Part shown: piece by piece, positions 1-12,484 of the stretch
Numbering within the stretch: the stretch's first letter is position 1
Layout: each line of letters begins with the position of its first letter
DNA from: the human T2T-CHM13v2.0 reference genome, Homo sapiens
Assembly: GCF_009914755.1 (NCBI RefSeq)
Contig: NC_060936.1
Reading direction: 5' to 3' (one strand)
Length of the DNA stretch: 64,000 nucleotides
Translations under genes and position numbers: made by a program
The notes under the pieces: generated by a model
Seen by the model: only the letters and a program-made list of their open reading frames with translations
Told to the model about the DNA's origin: nothing
Database searches by the model: none

Positions 1-632
1 ATAAAAAGATGTAAGTTGTGACAGCAATAATATAACATGTGAAGGAGGGAATAAACATGTAGAATTTTTGTATGTAATCAAAATTAAATTGATATCAGCT
101 TCAAATAGATTACTGTAACTATAAGAGGTTTTATGTAAGCCTTGTGGTACTTACAAAGAAACAAAAACCTGTAGTAGATACATGAAGGATTAAAACAAAG
201 GAATAAAAGCTACCGCTACAAAAAAAAAATCAAATCACAAAGATAGACAGCAAGAGAAGAAAAGAACAAAGGAACTACAAAACTATCAGAAAACAATTTT
301 TTTAAATGGCAATAGTTAGTCCTCTCTAGCAATAATTACTTTAAGGTTAAATTGACCAATCTGAAGAAATAGAGTAACTGAATAGGTTAAATTTTTTTTA
401 AATATCAAACTATATGCTGCCTTAAAAAAAAGGCTCACTTTAGTTTTAATGACACCATATGCTGAAATGAAGAGATTAAAATGTATATTCCTTGCCAATG
501 GTAACCAAAAGAGAGCAGGGGTAGCTATACTTACATTAGGCAAAATAGACCTGAAGTCAAAAACTGTCACAAGAGACAAAATATAGTCACTATAATGATA
601 AAGAAATCAATTCACCAAGAGGTATAGCATTG

Positions 633-673
<41 letters not shown>

Positions 674-3600
674 CACATACACATATACATATATATATAT
701 ATATATCTCACCAACATCAGGGCACATAAATATATAAAGCAAACACTGGTAGATCTGAAGAGAGAAATAGACAGCAATACAATAATTGTATATAAGACTT
801 CAATATGCCACTTTCAACAACAGATGCATCATCCAGACAGAAAATCAATAGGGAAACATTGGACTTCAACTACACTTTAGGCCAAATGGAGCTGACATAT
901 ACATAAGAACATTCTATCCAACGGCAACAGAATACACATTATTTTCAAGTGCACATGAAATATTTTCCAGAATAGGTCATATATTAGGCCAAAAAATAAG
1001 TGGTAACAAATTTAAGAACATTGAAATCATATCAATCATATCAAGTATCTTTTCTGACCACATAGATATGAAACTAGAAATCAATAACAGGAGAAAATTT
1101 GGAAAAATTACAAATATGTGGAAACTAAGCAACACACTCCTGAACAACAAATGGGTCAAAAAAGAAATAAAAAAGAGAAACAAAAAAAAATATTGAAACA
1201 AAGGAAAATGTAAATGCAACCTACCAAAATGTATGGGAGGTAGCAAAACAGTTCTAAGAGGAAAGTTTATAGTGATAAACTTCTCCCTTAAGAAAAAAAA
1301 AAAAAATCTCAAATAAAAAGACTTTACTTCTCAAGGACCCAGAAAAAGAAGAGCAAACTAAGATCAAAGTTAGCAGAAAGAAGCAAATAAAGCAGAAAAA
1401 AAAATAAAATACAAACTAGAAACACAACAGAAAAAAATCAGTGAAAGTAAGAGTTAACAACTGATAGAAAAGATAAAATTGACACACCTTTAGCCAAATT
1501 AAGAAAAAGAAGAGAAAAATCAAATACATAGAATTGCAAGTAAAACAGAAGACATTACAATTGATACCACAGAAATAAAAAGATTCATAAGAGACTACTA
1601 CGAACAATTAAATGCCAACAAGGTGGATAAGTAGAAGAAATGGACAAAATTCTAGACACAAAGAACCTACCAAGACTGAAATCTGAAGAAGTGGAAAATG
1701 TGAATAAACCAATAATGAGTAAAGAGATTCAATCAGTAATCAAACATCTCCCAACAAAGAAAAACCTAGGACCAAATAAGTTCACTACTGACTTCTACCA
1801 AACATTTTTTTAAAAAATTAATGCCAATCCCTCTCAAACTCTTCTAAAATACTGAAGAGGAAGGAATACTTCCAAACTCATTTTATGAGGCCAGCATTAC
1901 CCTGATACCAAAGCCAGATAAGTAGACTAGAAAAGAAAATTAGGGCCTAATATCCTTGATGAATACAGATGCAAAAATCCTCACTAAATACTAGCAAACT
2001 AATTTCAACTGCACATTAAAAAGATAATACATTATGATCAAGTGGCACTTATCCCTTGGATTAAAGGATGGTTCAACATATGAAAATCAATTAATGTGCA
2101 TACCACATTAACAGAACAAAGGATTTAAAAATCACAATTGTCTTAAGAGATGCAGAAAAAGTGTTGGACAATTTTAAGTGTTGGACATTTTAAAAAAAGT
2201 GTTGGACAATTTGAAGTGTTGGACATTTTAAAAATGTTCATGACAAAAAACTCTCCAATAGAAGGAAACTCACCAGGAATAGAATGAGGAATAGAGGGAA
2301 TAGAAGAGAAATTAACAAAACAAAATCCAGGAATAGAAGGAAATTGGCAAAACAAAATCACAGCTATACATGAAAAGCCCACATCGAATGCCATACTCAA
2401 TAGTAAAAACTGAAAGTGTTTCCTCCAAGATCAGGCACACGACAAGATTGCCCACTCTTGCCACTTCTATTCAAGATAGTACTGGAAATTCTAGCCAGAG
2501 CACCTAGGCAAAAAAAGTGAACAAAAGACACTCAAATCAGAAAGGAAGAAATAAAATTGTCTCTATTGGCAGTTGACACAATCTTATTTATGGAAAACTA
2601 TAAGTGTCCATTAAAAAACTGTTAGAACTAATACATGAATTCAGTAAAGTTACAGGATACAAAATAAACATACAAAAATCTGCTGTGTTTCTATATCTGC
2701 CAATAAACTATCCAAAAGAGAAATTGACAAAAATATTATATTTACATAAGTATCAAAAGAATTAAAATTTTAGGAATAAATTTAACTAAGGAGATGAAAA
2801 CTGGTACATTAAAATCTATAAAACATTAATAAAAGTAGGCACAAATAAATAGAAAGATATCCCATTTTCATGGATTAGAAGAATTAATGTTATTAAAATA
2901 TCTCTACTACCCAAAGTGATCCTATAGATTTAGTGCAATCTCTATTAAAATTCCAATCAACAGATTCAATGCATTTCACAGAAATAGAAAAAACAATCCT
3001 AAAATTTATATGGAATACCAAAAGACATCAAATGGCCAAAGGAATCTTAAGCAAAAAGAATAAAACTAGAGGCATCACACTTCTTTATTTCAAATAATAT
3101 TGCAAAGCCATAGTAGTCAAAACAGTTTGATACTGGCAAAAAAACAGGCACATGGACCAGTGGAACAGAATAGAAAGCTCAGAAATAAACCTACACATAC
3201 AAGGTTAAGTAATTTTTCATAAGAACACCAAGAATATACCTTGGGGAAAGGATAGCCTCTTCCATAAATAGTGTAGGGAAAACTGGGTATCCACATGGAA
3301 AAAAAAAAAAAATTGAACGCTTATCTTATGCCACACACAAAACTCTGTTAAAGACTTAAATATAAGACATGAAAGCACAAAACTCCTAAAAGAAAACGTA
3401 GGGATAAAGCTCCTAGACACTAGTATTAACAATGATTTTTTAAGATGTGTCCCCAAAAGCACAGGCAATGAAAGCAAAGATAAGCAAGTGAGATTACATC
3501 AAACTAAAAAGCTTCTGCATAGCAAAAGAAATGGCAAAAGGAAAAGGCTATCTATGAAGTGGGAGATATTTGCAAGCCATACATCTGAGAAAGAGTTAAT

Positions 3601-4715
3601 ATCCAAAATATATAAGGAACTCCTTCAACTGCATAGCAGAAAACCAAGCAACCCAATTTTTAAAATTGACAAAGGACCTGAATAAACATTTCTCCAAAAA
3701 AGACATACAGATGGGCAATAGGTATATGAAAAGATGCTCAACATCATTAAGCATCAAGGAAATGCAAATCAAAACCAGAGTGAGACATCACCTCACACCT
3801 GTTAGGATGGCTATTGTCAAAAACATAAAACAAGTGTTAGGAAAGATGTGGGAAAAAAGGAAATCCTTGTACACTGTTGGTGAGAATGTAAGTTGGTACA
3901 GACATTATGGAAAATAGAATGGGTGTTACCCAAAAAGTTAAAATATAACTACAATATGATTTAGCAACCCCAGTTTTGAGTGTTATATCCAGAGAAATTG
4001 AAATCAGGATCCCAAAGAGATATGTGCACTCCTATGTTCATTACAGCATTATTCATAATAGCCAAGAAATGGAAACACATTTTAGATTCCACATGTATGT
4101 AAAATAGTACAGTATTTATCTTTTTGGTCTGGCTTATTTCACTTAATATAATGCCCTAAAGGGCCATCCATGTTGTCACAAAGGCAGGATTTCCTTCTTT
4201 TCTAAGGTTAAATAATATTCTGTTGTATATATATATTCCATATTCCGCCACTATTCTGAAATAGAATCATAGAAGCAGAGTGTACAATGGTCATTGGGTG
4301 GGACTGGGGGGTGAGGGAAATAGGGACGAAATGGTTAAAAGGTACAAAGTTTCAGTTATGCATGATTAGTTGTGAAAATCTACTATACAACACAGTGCCT
4401 ATATACATAACAATATTGTATTGTATACTTAAAATTTGCCAACCATAAGATTTATGGTTAGTGTTTTTACCAAAATGAAGATCGAAAACAATAGTAATAA
4501 TAAAAGGAGTGGAAAGAAACTCTGGGAGATAATATTAATATCTATGCTTACAGCCTTGATGATAGTGATGCTGTCACAAGTGTATACTCATCCCCAAATT
4601 CATGAAGTATACATTAAACATATATAGCAGCTTTTTGTATGTCAATCATATCTCAAAAAATAAATTCAAAGTATTATAATAAAATTGAAAACCAAAAAAT
4701 AAAGTAAAATAAAGC
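1..4715 (+). mobile_element. Old L1 (L1MA/L1MB-type): inter-ORF region, decayed ORF2 from ~307, 3' UTR and A-rich tail; extends beyond the left edge
   Basis: ORF2-like fragments (LVDLKREIDSNTII; HFSKKDIQM...MKRCSTSLSIKEMQIKT); 3' UTR motif ggtacaaagtttcagttatg; many stops and frameshifts. Confidence 0.93.
633..706. repeat. (TG)n(TA/CA)n microsatellite inside the L1
   Basis: Read directly. Confidence 0.95.
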
Positions 4716-5967
4716 TTCCTGAAACCAGAAAGTTTTCTCTGAGGGGCTAGATCAGGATGAAAAAAAGAAAAACTTTACTTTCATATATACAGCTTTAACT
4801 ATTTTCATGTACATACATTACTTTTAGAATAGCAAATTCTAGATGCACATACAAACAAGAAACAGTAGACCATATTGCTTAGATAAGAGAGGTGCAAAAA
4901 TAGCAACTACATACCAATGATGACCAAAAAAGAGCTAACATTTTCAGAAAGCAGAAGCTCTTTTCCCAGAAAAGATCATTGAGATCAAGTAACAGGTTCT
5001 ACCTGTGGAAAGACTTTAAATGAAACCAAGTAAGCAATCTTTTAATATTTTAGGTATATATCTGGGCAAAGGAGAGGCTGTGGGTAGACAATTTTGTGAT
5101 TTCCTTAGAAACTCCAGGACACAGCATTCTTCTGAGTATTAACCTGACACCCCTCATGTTTAATAACATCTATCTAAATATGTTTCTAAATTTTTCTAGC
5201 ATATTGATGGATGTCACATAAACACACATGCAGATAATAATGCTGTATTTGTGATGCCAGTTTTCTTTCATGAAGTTTAAATTACCTCACGAACATCACT
5301 TTAGTCCAATTTCTTATTCAAAAATTATACTTGGCCACGATATATTCTTTTTATGATTTTTCTCTTTTTCTGTCTTTTTTCTCTCCTCACCCCCTTTTGG
5401 GGTTTAAATACTCTTAGAAGTTGTAAGACAACAAATCTTGATTTTTTTGAAAAGGTCAAAATTTCCTAAGTAAAATCTATTATACCATTTATTGCCAAAA
5501 TCAGAGAAGCCAATTAAACTGCAATTTTACTCCTGGCTTTAAGATGACAAAAACCGTAGCCAAGATTATATTTCAGCAATCTAAATTAATTTAGCTTTCA
5601 ATGGTTGTTCAAAAGGAAAGTAAAGAGGACAATATTGATGACTTTACTGTGTTATCTTTGTAATTCACATCAGGTTACAATTGTTTTGTTTTTATATCAC
5701 TAACAAGGAGCAATTTTTGTAGCATAATTAATGTTTATACTTATTTGTCTTGCTTTTTTAAAATTGCATAGACAAAAGGCAAGACTGATAATAGGCATAC
5801 AGAGAAATTATATAACCAAAGATTTTGTGTCATGAGACATATCTACTTTATCTCCAAAGACATAAAGGAGTTACATGAAAAGCTTGCTCTCCACCTAATA
5901 TTTGTTATGAAGATATCTTAGGATTGCACTTGACTACATAGAGGCTCAGAATAACAATGACAAGTAT

Positions 5968-6215
5968 AATAATAGATAGCTTTAATTGAGAACCTGCTAT
6001 ATGCCCAGCACTGTGCTAAGCACTTTACATTCATAACTTACCAGTCCTCACAATCATCCTACATTAGACAAAAAGTGTTATTCCCCAATTGATGTACAAA
6101 TAAATTGAAGCTTAGAGAAATTTTATAACTTACCCAAAGTTTCATAACTAGCATATGGCAAACACAGAACTTAAACCTGTATCTGCTTAACATCAAAGCC
6201 CAAGTCTTAACCACT
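5968..6215 (-). mobile_element. MIR SINE
   Basis: ctgtgctaagcactttaca...cctcacaa...tacccaaagt...cttaaccact matches the MIR antisense pattern. Confidence 0.8.
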
Positions 6216-6439
6216 TTTCTAAACATAAATAGCATATGAATGGCAATGTATGAATAGGAGAAGAGTGACTCTTATAATTATTTATCATCTATGATGTAGA
6301 ATGGTCACTGGTCACTTTTCTCTGAACCCAAGACATGCAACGTAAGTTATTTTAAGGAATATTTATTGTATTCCTTCAAGACAGTACTCTTGGAGGTGCT
6401 AACGGAGACTATGAAGAGGGACAGGTAAAGCAGCTGATC

Positions 6440-8260
6440 TGAAAAGAGTTTTCAGTCAGTGAGGGAGAAAGCCATTCTAACACAGGTAGAATTAAATAAA
6501 TCGAGAAAGAAGCATGAGTTCTCTGAATGCAGAGGCTTCATAGTAGACATTTAAGCTAGATCTAAAATGGCGAATGGTCACAGAGATGCAAATCAAAACC
6601 ACAATGAGATACCATCTCACACCAGACACAATGGCTATTAAAAAGTCAAAAAGAAACAGATGTTGGAAAGGTTGCAGAGAAAAGGGAATGCTTATTCAGT
6701 GTTGGGGGTGGGGGATGTAAATTATTTCAGCCCCCATGGAAAGCAGTTTGAAGATTTCACAAAGAACTAAAAGTAAAACTGTCATTCGACCCAACAATCC
6801 CATTTACTGGGTATATACCCAAAGGAAAAGAAATCATTCTACCAAAAAGACACACACATTTGTATGTTTATCACAGCACTATTCACAATACCAAAGACAT
6901 GGAATTAACCTAGGTGCCCGTCAATGGTGGATTGGATAAAGAAAATGTGGTACAGATACACCATGGAATACTACACAGCCATAAAAAAGAATGAAATCAT
7001 GTTCTTTGCAGCAACATGGATGCAGCTGGAGACCATTATCCTAAGTAAATTAACACAAAAAACAGAAAACCAAACATCACATGTTCTGTTATAAGTGGGA
7101 GCTAAACAATGGGTACACATGGACATAAAGATGGGAATACCAGACACTGGTGACTACCAGAGAGGGGAGAAAGGGAGGTAGGCAAAGGCTGAAAAACTAC
7201 CTATTGGGTATTATGTTCGCTTTTTGGGTGACAAGTTTAATAGAACCCCAAACCTCAGTGCATAAAGACTTCCTCATTTGCACTGCCCTTCCTCTTAAGT
7301 AAAATATTATTAATACATAAATAAATAAATAAATAAATAAATAAAGTGGCAAATGGGATTTCTTAATGGGAATAATCAAGAAAAGGAACACAGACTTACA
7401 GCAGAGCATGATTAAAGACACAGAGAAAAGAGGCCCAGGGAGTGTCCAATGGGAACAAATAGTCTAACAGGGCTGGCTGTGTCAAGACTGCAGAGGCAAA
7501 TGAACCTAGAAAAATATCTGGGGGCCAGATTTCAGCAGAACGTCTAGGCCTTTATTAAAATAATTGGAAATTTTTTCTGGAAATAAATGATTATGTTTCT
7601 TCTGGAAGTAAGTGATTATGGAAATGATAATTATGTTGAGGAGGAGTTTGCAAAAGAGGGAAATAAACTGATGACACCAGAGACACAAGGCAAGAAGCCA
7701 TTTCAGTTATTACAATAGCCAACATGGAAAACAATGAGAGTCTGAACAGAGCAGTGACAGAGAAACAGTAGGGAGGAGAAAAACAAGAAGACAGCTAGTG
7801 AGATGTGACCTAAGAAGCAGAAGATAGCTTCTTAGATAAATCGAAACTAAAATGATGAAAGCAGGAGAAGAAATGGTAGAACAGATTTAGTTTGTGACAT
7901 AATATTCTTGAGGTGCCTAGGGGAAAACCTACGCAAATATGTCCAGGAGCTGTTGGAAATTCAAGCCTGGGAAATGGGATAAAGGTCAGTGTTAGAGGCA
8001 TATGTTAAGGCATCATGATAAGCATAAAGATGATAAGGGAGGCTGCCAGGTAGAGTGTGAGTAAGAAGAGAAAAACAGCAGCATTCTAGTGAACATCCAT
8101 TCTTAAGGAGAAGACCAAGGAAGAAGAGCTGCTAAAGAAAACAGTGCAGTAGACAAACATTAGACTTTTTCTAAAGAAGGGGGAGTATTTTTAAGAAGTA
8201 GTGAGTGATCAGCACCATATGCTCTTGGGAGATTAATAAAAATGGGACTGAGCTGAGGCT
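6440..8260 (-). mobile_element. L2 fragment, interrupted by the L1 at 6578-7342
   Basis: gacatttaagctagatct / tttagttttgtgacat...tgaggtgcct...gctgttggaaattcaagcctgg resemble L2. Confidence 0.6.
6578..7342 (+). mobile_element. 5'-truncated L1PA16/L1PB-type 3' end with (TAAA)n tail
   Basis: atgcaaatcaaaaccacaatgagataccatctcacacc; TSD aaaatggcgaatgg (6564-6577) / aaagtggcaaatgg (7343-7356). Confidence 0.92.
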
Positions 8261-8679
8261 CAGAGCCGATATCCCTGTATTCTTTATGCAGTTTTTTGTG
8301 CTGGTTTTCCTGTGCAGGCACCACGTGCTTCTTCCTTGTTGCCTGTAGGTATCCTCAGAAGAGAGGTACAGTTTCGCTATGCAATAGATATGTGTTCATA
8401 TGGTGATGATAATTATGTTGATTGACTGCATGAGAAGCATTAAATCCAGGAACTGCTTCGATTTATGTCTCAGGAGTTTGGGAACAGATTAACGTTTTTC
8501 CCCAGTTGGATCTTTGTTCCCACACAACTCATCATCAGGTGTCACTGAAAAGCAATTTCAGTTTCTCACCTGATTTTGGCATGTATTATAATGAAGCAGA
8601 TTATTTGTGCTTCTAACTTGGAAAAGAAATGATTCCTTCTTATAGTAAAACAGCCATATACCATTTTGGCTTTACTCTA

Positions 8680-9050
8680 AATCAGTCATTAATTTGCTAA
8701 CAAGCATTTATCATGCTCATGATGTGTACAAGATTGTGGTACAGTCTTAAGCTGAACAAATTCCCTGCCTACACAGAGCTTACATTCTACTGGCAGGAAC
8801 AAATAATAAATGGATGAATGATGTTCAATCTCAAATTCTCTGTCTAAGTGCTCTAATGAAAACACCAAAGCAGATAGTGTGATCTACAAGGCAGGGCCTC
8901 TGAGAAGACATTTGAGCTAAGACTGAAATAAAGGGGGAAAGCCAATATGGGAATGGGAAAGGGGCATTCTTGGTAGAAAGAACAACCAATGCAAAGCTCT
9001 GAGGCTTAGCATGGGATCTTGGCATGTTGAAAGAACAGCAAGTAACTCTA
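8680..9050 (-). mobile_element. L2 3' fragment
   Basis: aacaagcatttat...ccctgcc...gagcttacattcta...gacatttgagctaagactgaa. Confidence 0.75.
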
Positions 9051-9367
9051 CAGCTTTAAAAATAAATTTAAAAGATGTGAAAAACTCAGAACATATTACT
9101 TCACAAAGTGCATCACTAAAACCATTTCTTCGAACTTTGCTTTCTAGTATTTCCCTAGCTCTTTTATTTCACATGATGTGAAATTCCTCAGATTTTCTTC
9201 CTCAATAGAAATTCTGAAAAACAGGGATTTTTAGTGGCCCCTCATATTTACTTTGTTTACCTGAATAAAGCAGGGGGAAGACCCAGAAATCTTCTCTTTG
9301 GGCACCAGATACCAGATGATTGACTTGCTTCAGTATTAAAGTTTGGTGAAGAACTATTATCATTTCC

Positions 9368-10140
9368 CAATTTAAGTGTTCATCGACATCAACACTGTGT
9401 ATATATATCAAGAAAATATGGTGTATGTATACACAATGGAATACTTTTCAACCTAACAAAAGAAGGAAATTCTGTCATTTGCAATAACAGGAATGAATCT
9501 GGAGGACATTATGTTAAGTGAAATAAGGCAGACACAGAACGACAAATACCACATGATCTCACTTATATGTAGAATCTTAAAAAGTCAAAATCAGCCAGGT
9601 GCAGCGGCTCATGCCTGTGATCTGAGCACTTTGGGAGGCTGAGGTGGGTGGATCACCTGAGGTCAGGAGTTCAAAACCAGCCTGGCCAACATGGCAAAAC
9701 CCTGTCTCTACTAAAAATACAAAAATTAGTCAGTTGTGATGGCTCACACATGTAATCCCAGCTACTCAGAGACTGAGACAAAAAAAAAAAGTCAAACTCA
9801 TAAAAGTAGAGTAGAATGATGGTTACCAGAGGCTGAGCTGTGGGGAGGGGGGAATGGAGAATTGTTGGTCAAAGGGTAAAAAGTTTCGCTTTGTACAAGA
9901 GGAATAAGTTTTGATATCTATTGCTCAGCAGTGTGATTATAGTCAATAATAATATGTCATAATTTCAAAATTACTTGGCAAATTTCAAATATTTCATCAC
10001 AAACAATAAGTGACTGAGGTGATTAATATGTTAATTAAATTTAACCATTCCACATTGTATGCATATGTCAAAACATTTCATTGTGCCCCATAAATGTATA
10101 CAATTATGATTTACCCATAAAAATATTAATAAATTTTTTA
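9368..10140 (+). mobile_element. L1MA 3' end, interrupted by an Alu
   Basis: L1MA 3' UTR motifs; degenerate TSD aagaactatta...tttcc at 9349-9367 and 10141-10159. Confidence 0.88.
9593..9790 (+). mobile_element. AluS lacking the 3' part of the right arm
   Basis: Full left arm and linker, right arm stops at gagactgagac then A-tract; TSD aaaaagtcaaaatc / aaaaagtcaaactc. Confidence 0.93.
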
Positions 10141-10786
10141 AAGAACTATTACTGTTTCCTTTGAAATGATATGCTTGACAAAAGATGCCACAGAGGGAGA
10201 GGCAGTGTTCACTTATGGCCTTTTGAGACCTCAGCCTGCTTTTGCACAGCCCTTACACCTAATTTCTCTGGCATTGGGTCATGGGTTCTCAGCCACACGT
10301 GTTGTATATTTATGACTGTCTAGAGAACAGCTAACCATTGACCATTTCAGGTTTCCTCAGTGGTTCCATTTGAGGAACTGCTGACAGATGGGAATGAATA
10401 ATTTAGCAGCACATGTGGTTAAAGTATAATTTGCTAGAGAAAGAGATAAACCCAGAAGATATTCTATTTCTGAATACAGATATTGTGTGATTTACATTTC
10501 TTAAGGTATACAAAACTTGCTATATACATTGCTTAGAGATCCAGGAGAAATTATTAACTATTAAAATGAGGTGGTCATTAGGAATTAAAATTTACATTTC
10601 CTGATTTTCCCATTACCATCCTAAGAGAAAATACATAAATTTACTCTTCAAAAGTTAAAAACAAATAACATTTCTTGTGCAGCTATCAGGTATGTACCTT
10701 CAATAGACAACTGAATTATTAAAATAAGGAAAGGCAGCATGCCATATTGGTAGAGCTCATAGCCAACTTTACTGCCTTATAGGAGA

Positions 10787-10848
10787 TTATCTATCTATCT
10801 ATATATCCATCTATCTATCTGTCTATCTATCTATCTCTATGTATCTAT
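10787..10848. repeat. (TCTA)n tetranucleotide repeat, imperfect
   Basis: Read directly. Confidence 0.9.
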
Positions 10849-12393
10849 TTCAGACTCAAGGAATAGAAGATCTATAGCCAGTTCTGTAGATTTAATGTCA
10901 TGAAAAGCCATTTGTGATGTAATTAAAATGTATCTTTTCCCATTGGAAAAGAATTATAAATATTATATAAGTATTAAAAATACTAAATATACTAAGCACT
11001 AAAATATCAAAACTTGTATTCTACAAAAGACGCACAAAGGAAACAGCAGTCGTTTTTTAGCTCTTCTTGGAAGCATAATTTCACCTAATACTAGACATGA
11101 CATGTAGTTTAACTCATCACTTTTTTATATAAGGATCTGCTCACTGTTAAAGAATGAAGATGGGTAGAAGACCTCAGAGGTCTTTAATTAACCCCTTGAT
11201 AATATGAAGTATGACAAGACAGCCCACACACTACACATAGAAGGAGAAAACTAGGTACAAGTTCTATTATTTAATATGGCCACCCATTGGCATCTTCTGA
11301 CTATATTAGCATATCTATTTCCATAAGAGATAGAGAGGTGGGCCAGCCAGATCTTCTATTTCCTTTCACTTTCTTCTGGAATGAAATAGACATTCAACAC
11401 ATTTGCTGACCAACTGTCATTCCATGTTGCATCAGCAGGAGTAAATGGGCCACTTGGGTGTGTTCACACACTGCAGCTATCAGCCATAACCTCACTGAAT
11501 TAATATGCTTACGTAACTTTTTGTGTTCAATATTATGACCCACTTTACTCCTGTAGTATAAAATTGATTCTTTGCAAATCTAAAAGGAATGCCCTTCAGA
11601 CCAAAGTTGAAGAAAGGAAGGTTATTTGCTAAGATTGATCCTCCAAGCTCAAAGTCTCCAAAGAATATGGGTATTCTTTGCCCCATGTACTATGTCTAAC
11701 TAGAATACATCTTGAAATATTCAAAATTTAGGATAGTCCAAGCTCTTTGGAGTTTTATAACATTTCACAAGACAGAGCAGAGTCATCTATAAGAAAAAGT
11801 CAACACATATCAAGCCTGTTTTACAAACTAGAGTTCTGGGATAATAAAAAGAAGTGAGGAGTGTTGACAAGAGATTTATTTTTCAGACATATAAAACCTG
11901 AATATCTGATTCTCAGCAAAAACAATGCATAGGAAACTTTATAATTAATCAAATTCACAAAGAAGTAGAAATACATTTAATGACCTCTAAAAGTAAATAT
12001 TTCAACATAGAAAATGGGTAACTGGAAAATAAATCACTTAAAGTTATTCTTATGAAGTTTTGGTCTATAGTTTCCTATGTCTTATTAAATCAAAACCAAG
12101 AAAGACTATAGGAAGGTTACAATAAATTATGCATTTTGAACATAGCAAAATCTACTAGTCTAGGCTAAGTACACAATGGATAAATTATAATTTTTAAAAG
12201 CCAGAGGTACAAAATTAATTATCTCTTTTTTAAACAATGATCAGGAACTAATAAGCATTATTTCAAAGAATGAGTCTAAAATGAATTACAAACCCTTTTA
12301 AAAATGAAGATCTTCTGGGGATATATATTTCATAATCAATGTTGTGCTACTGGGATAGGTATTTTTCATATAATTTTAATGTAAGTAATTCAG

Positions 12394-12484
12394 TAAGTTG
12401 ACCAACTGTTCCAGTTTGCATGCAACTATCCCTTGTCCCAGGAAATCCCTCAGTCATGGGCAAAAAAGGATGATTGTTTACCTA
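12394..12484. mobile_element. MER81-like hAT-Blackjack MITE
   Basis: Degenerate TIRs (taagttgaccaactg ... gatgattgtttacc) with internal tcccaggaaatccctcagtc. Confidence 0.65.

Noticed and set aside
11168-11680. Short palindromes (11168-11184, 11659-11680; also 50212-50234)
   Set aside because: 8-9 bp stems are expected several times in 64 kb of AT-rich DNA
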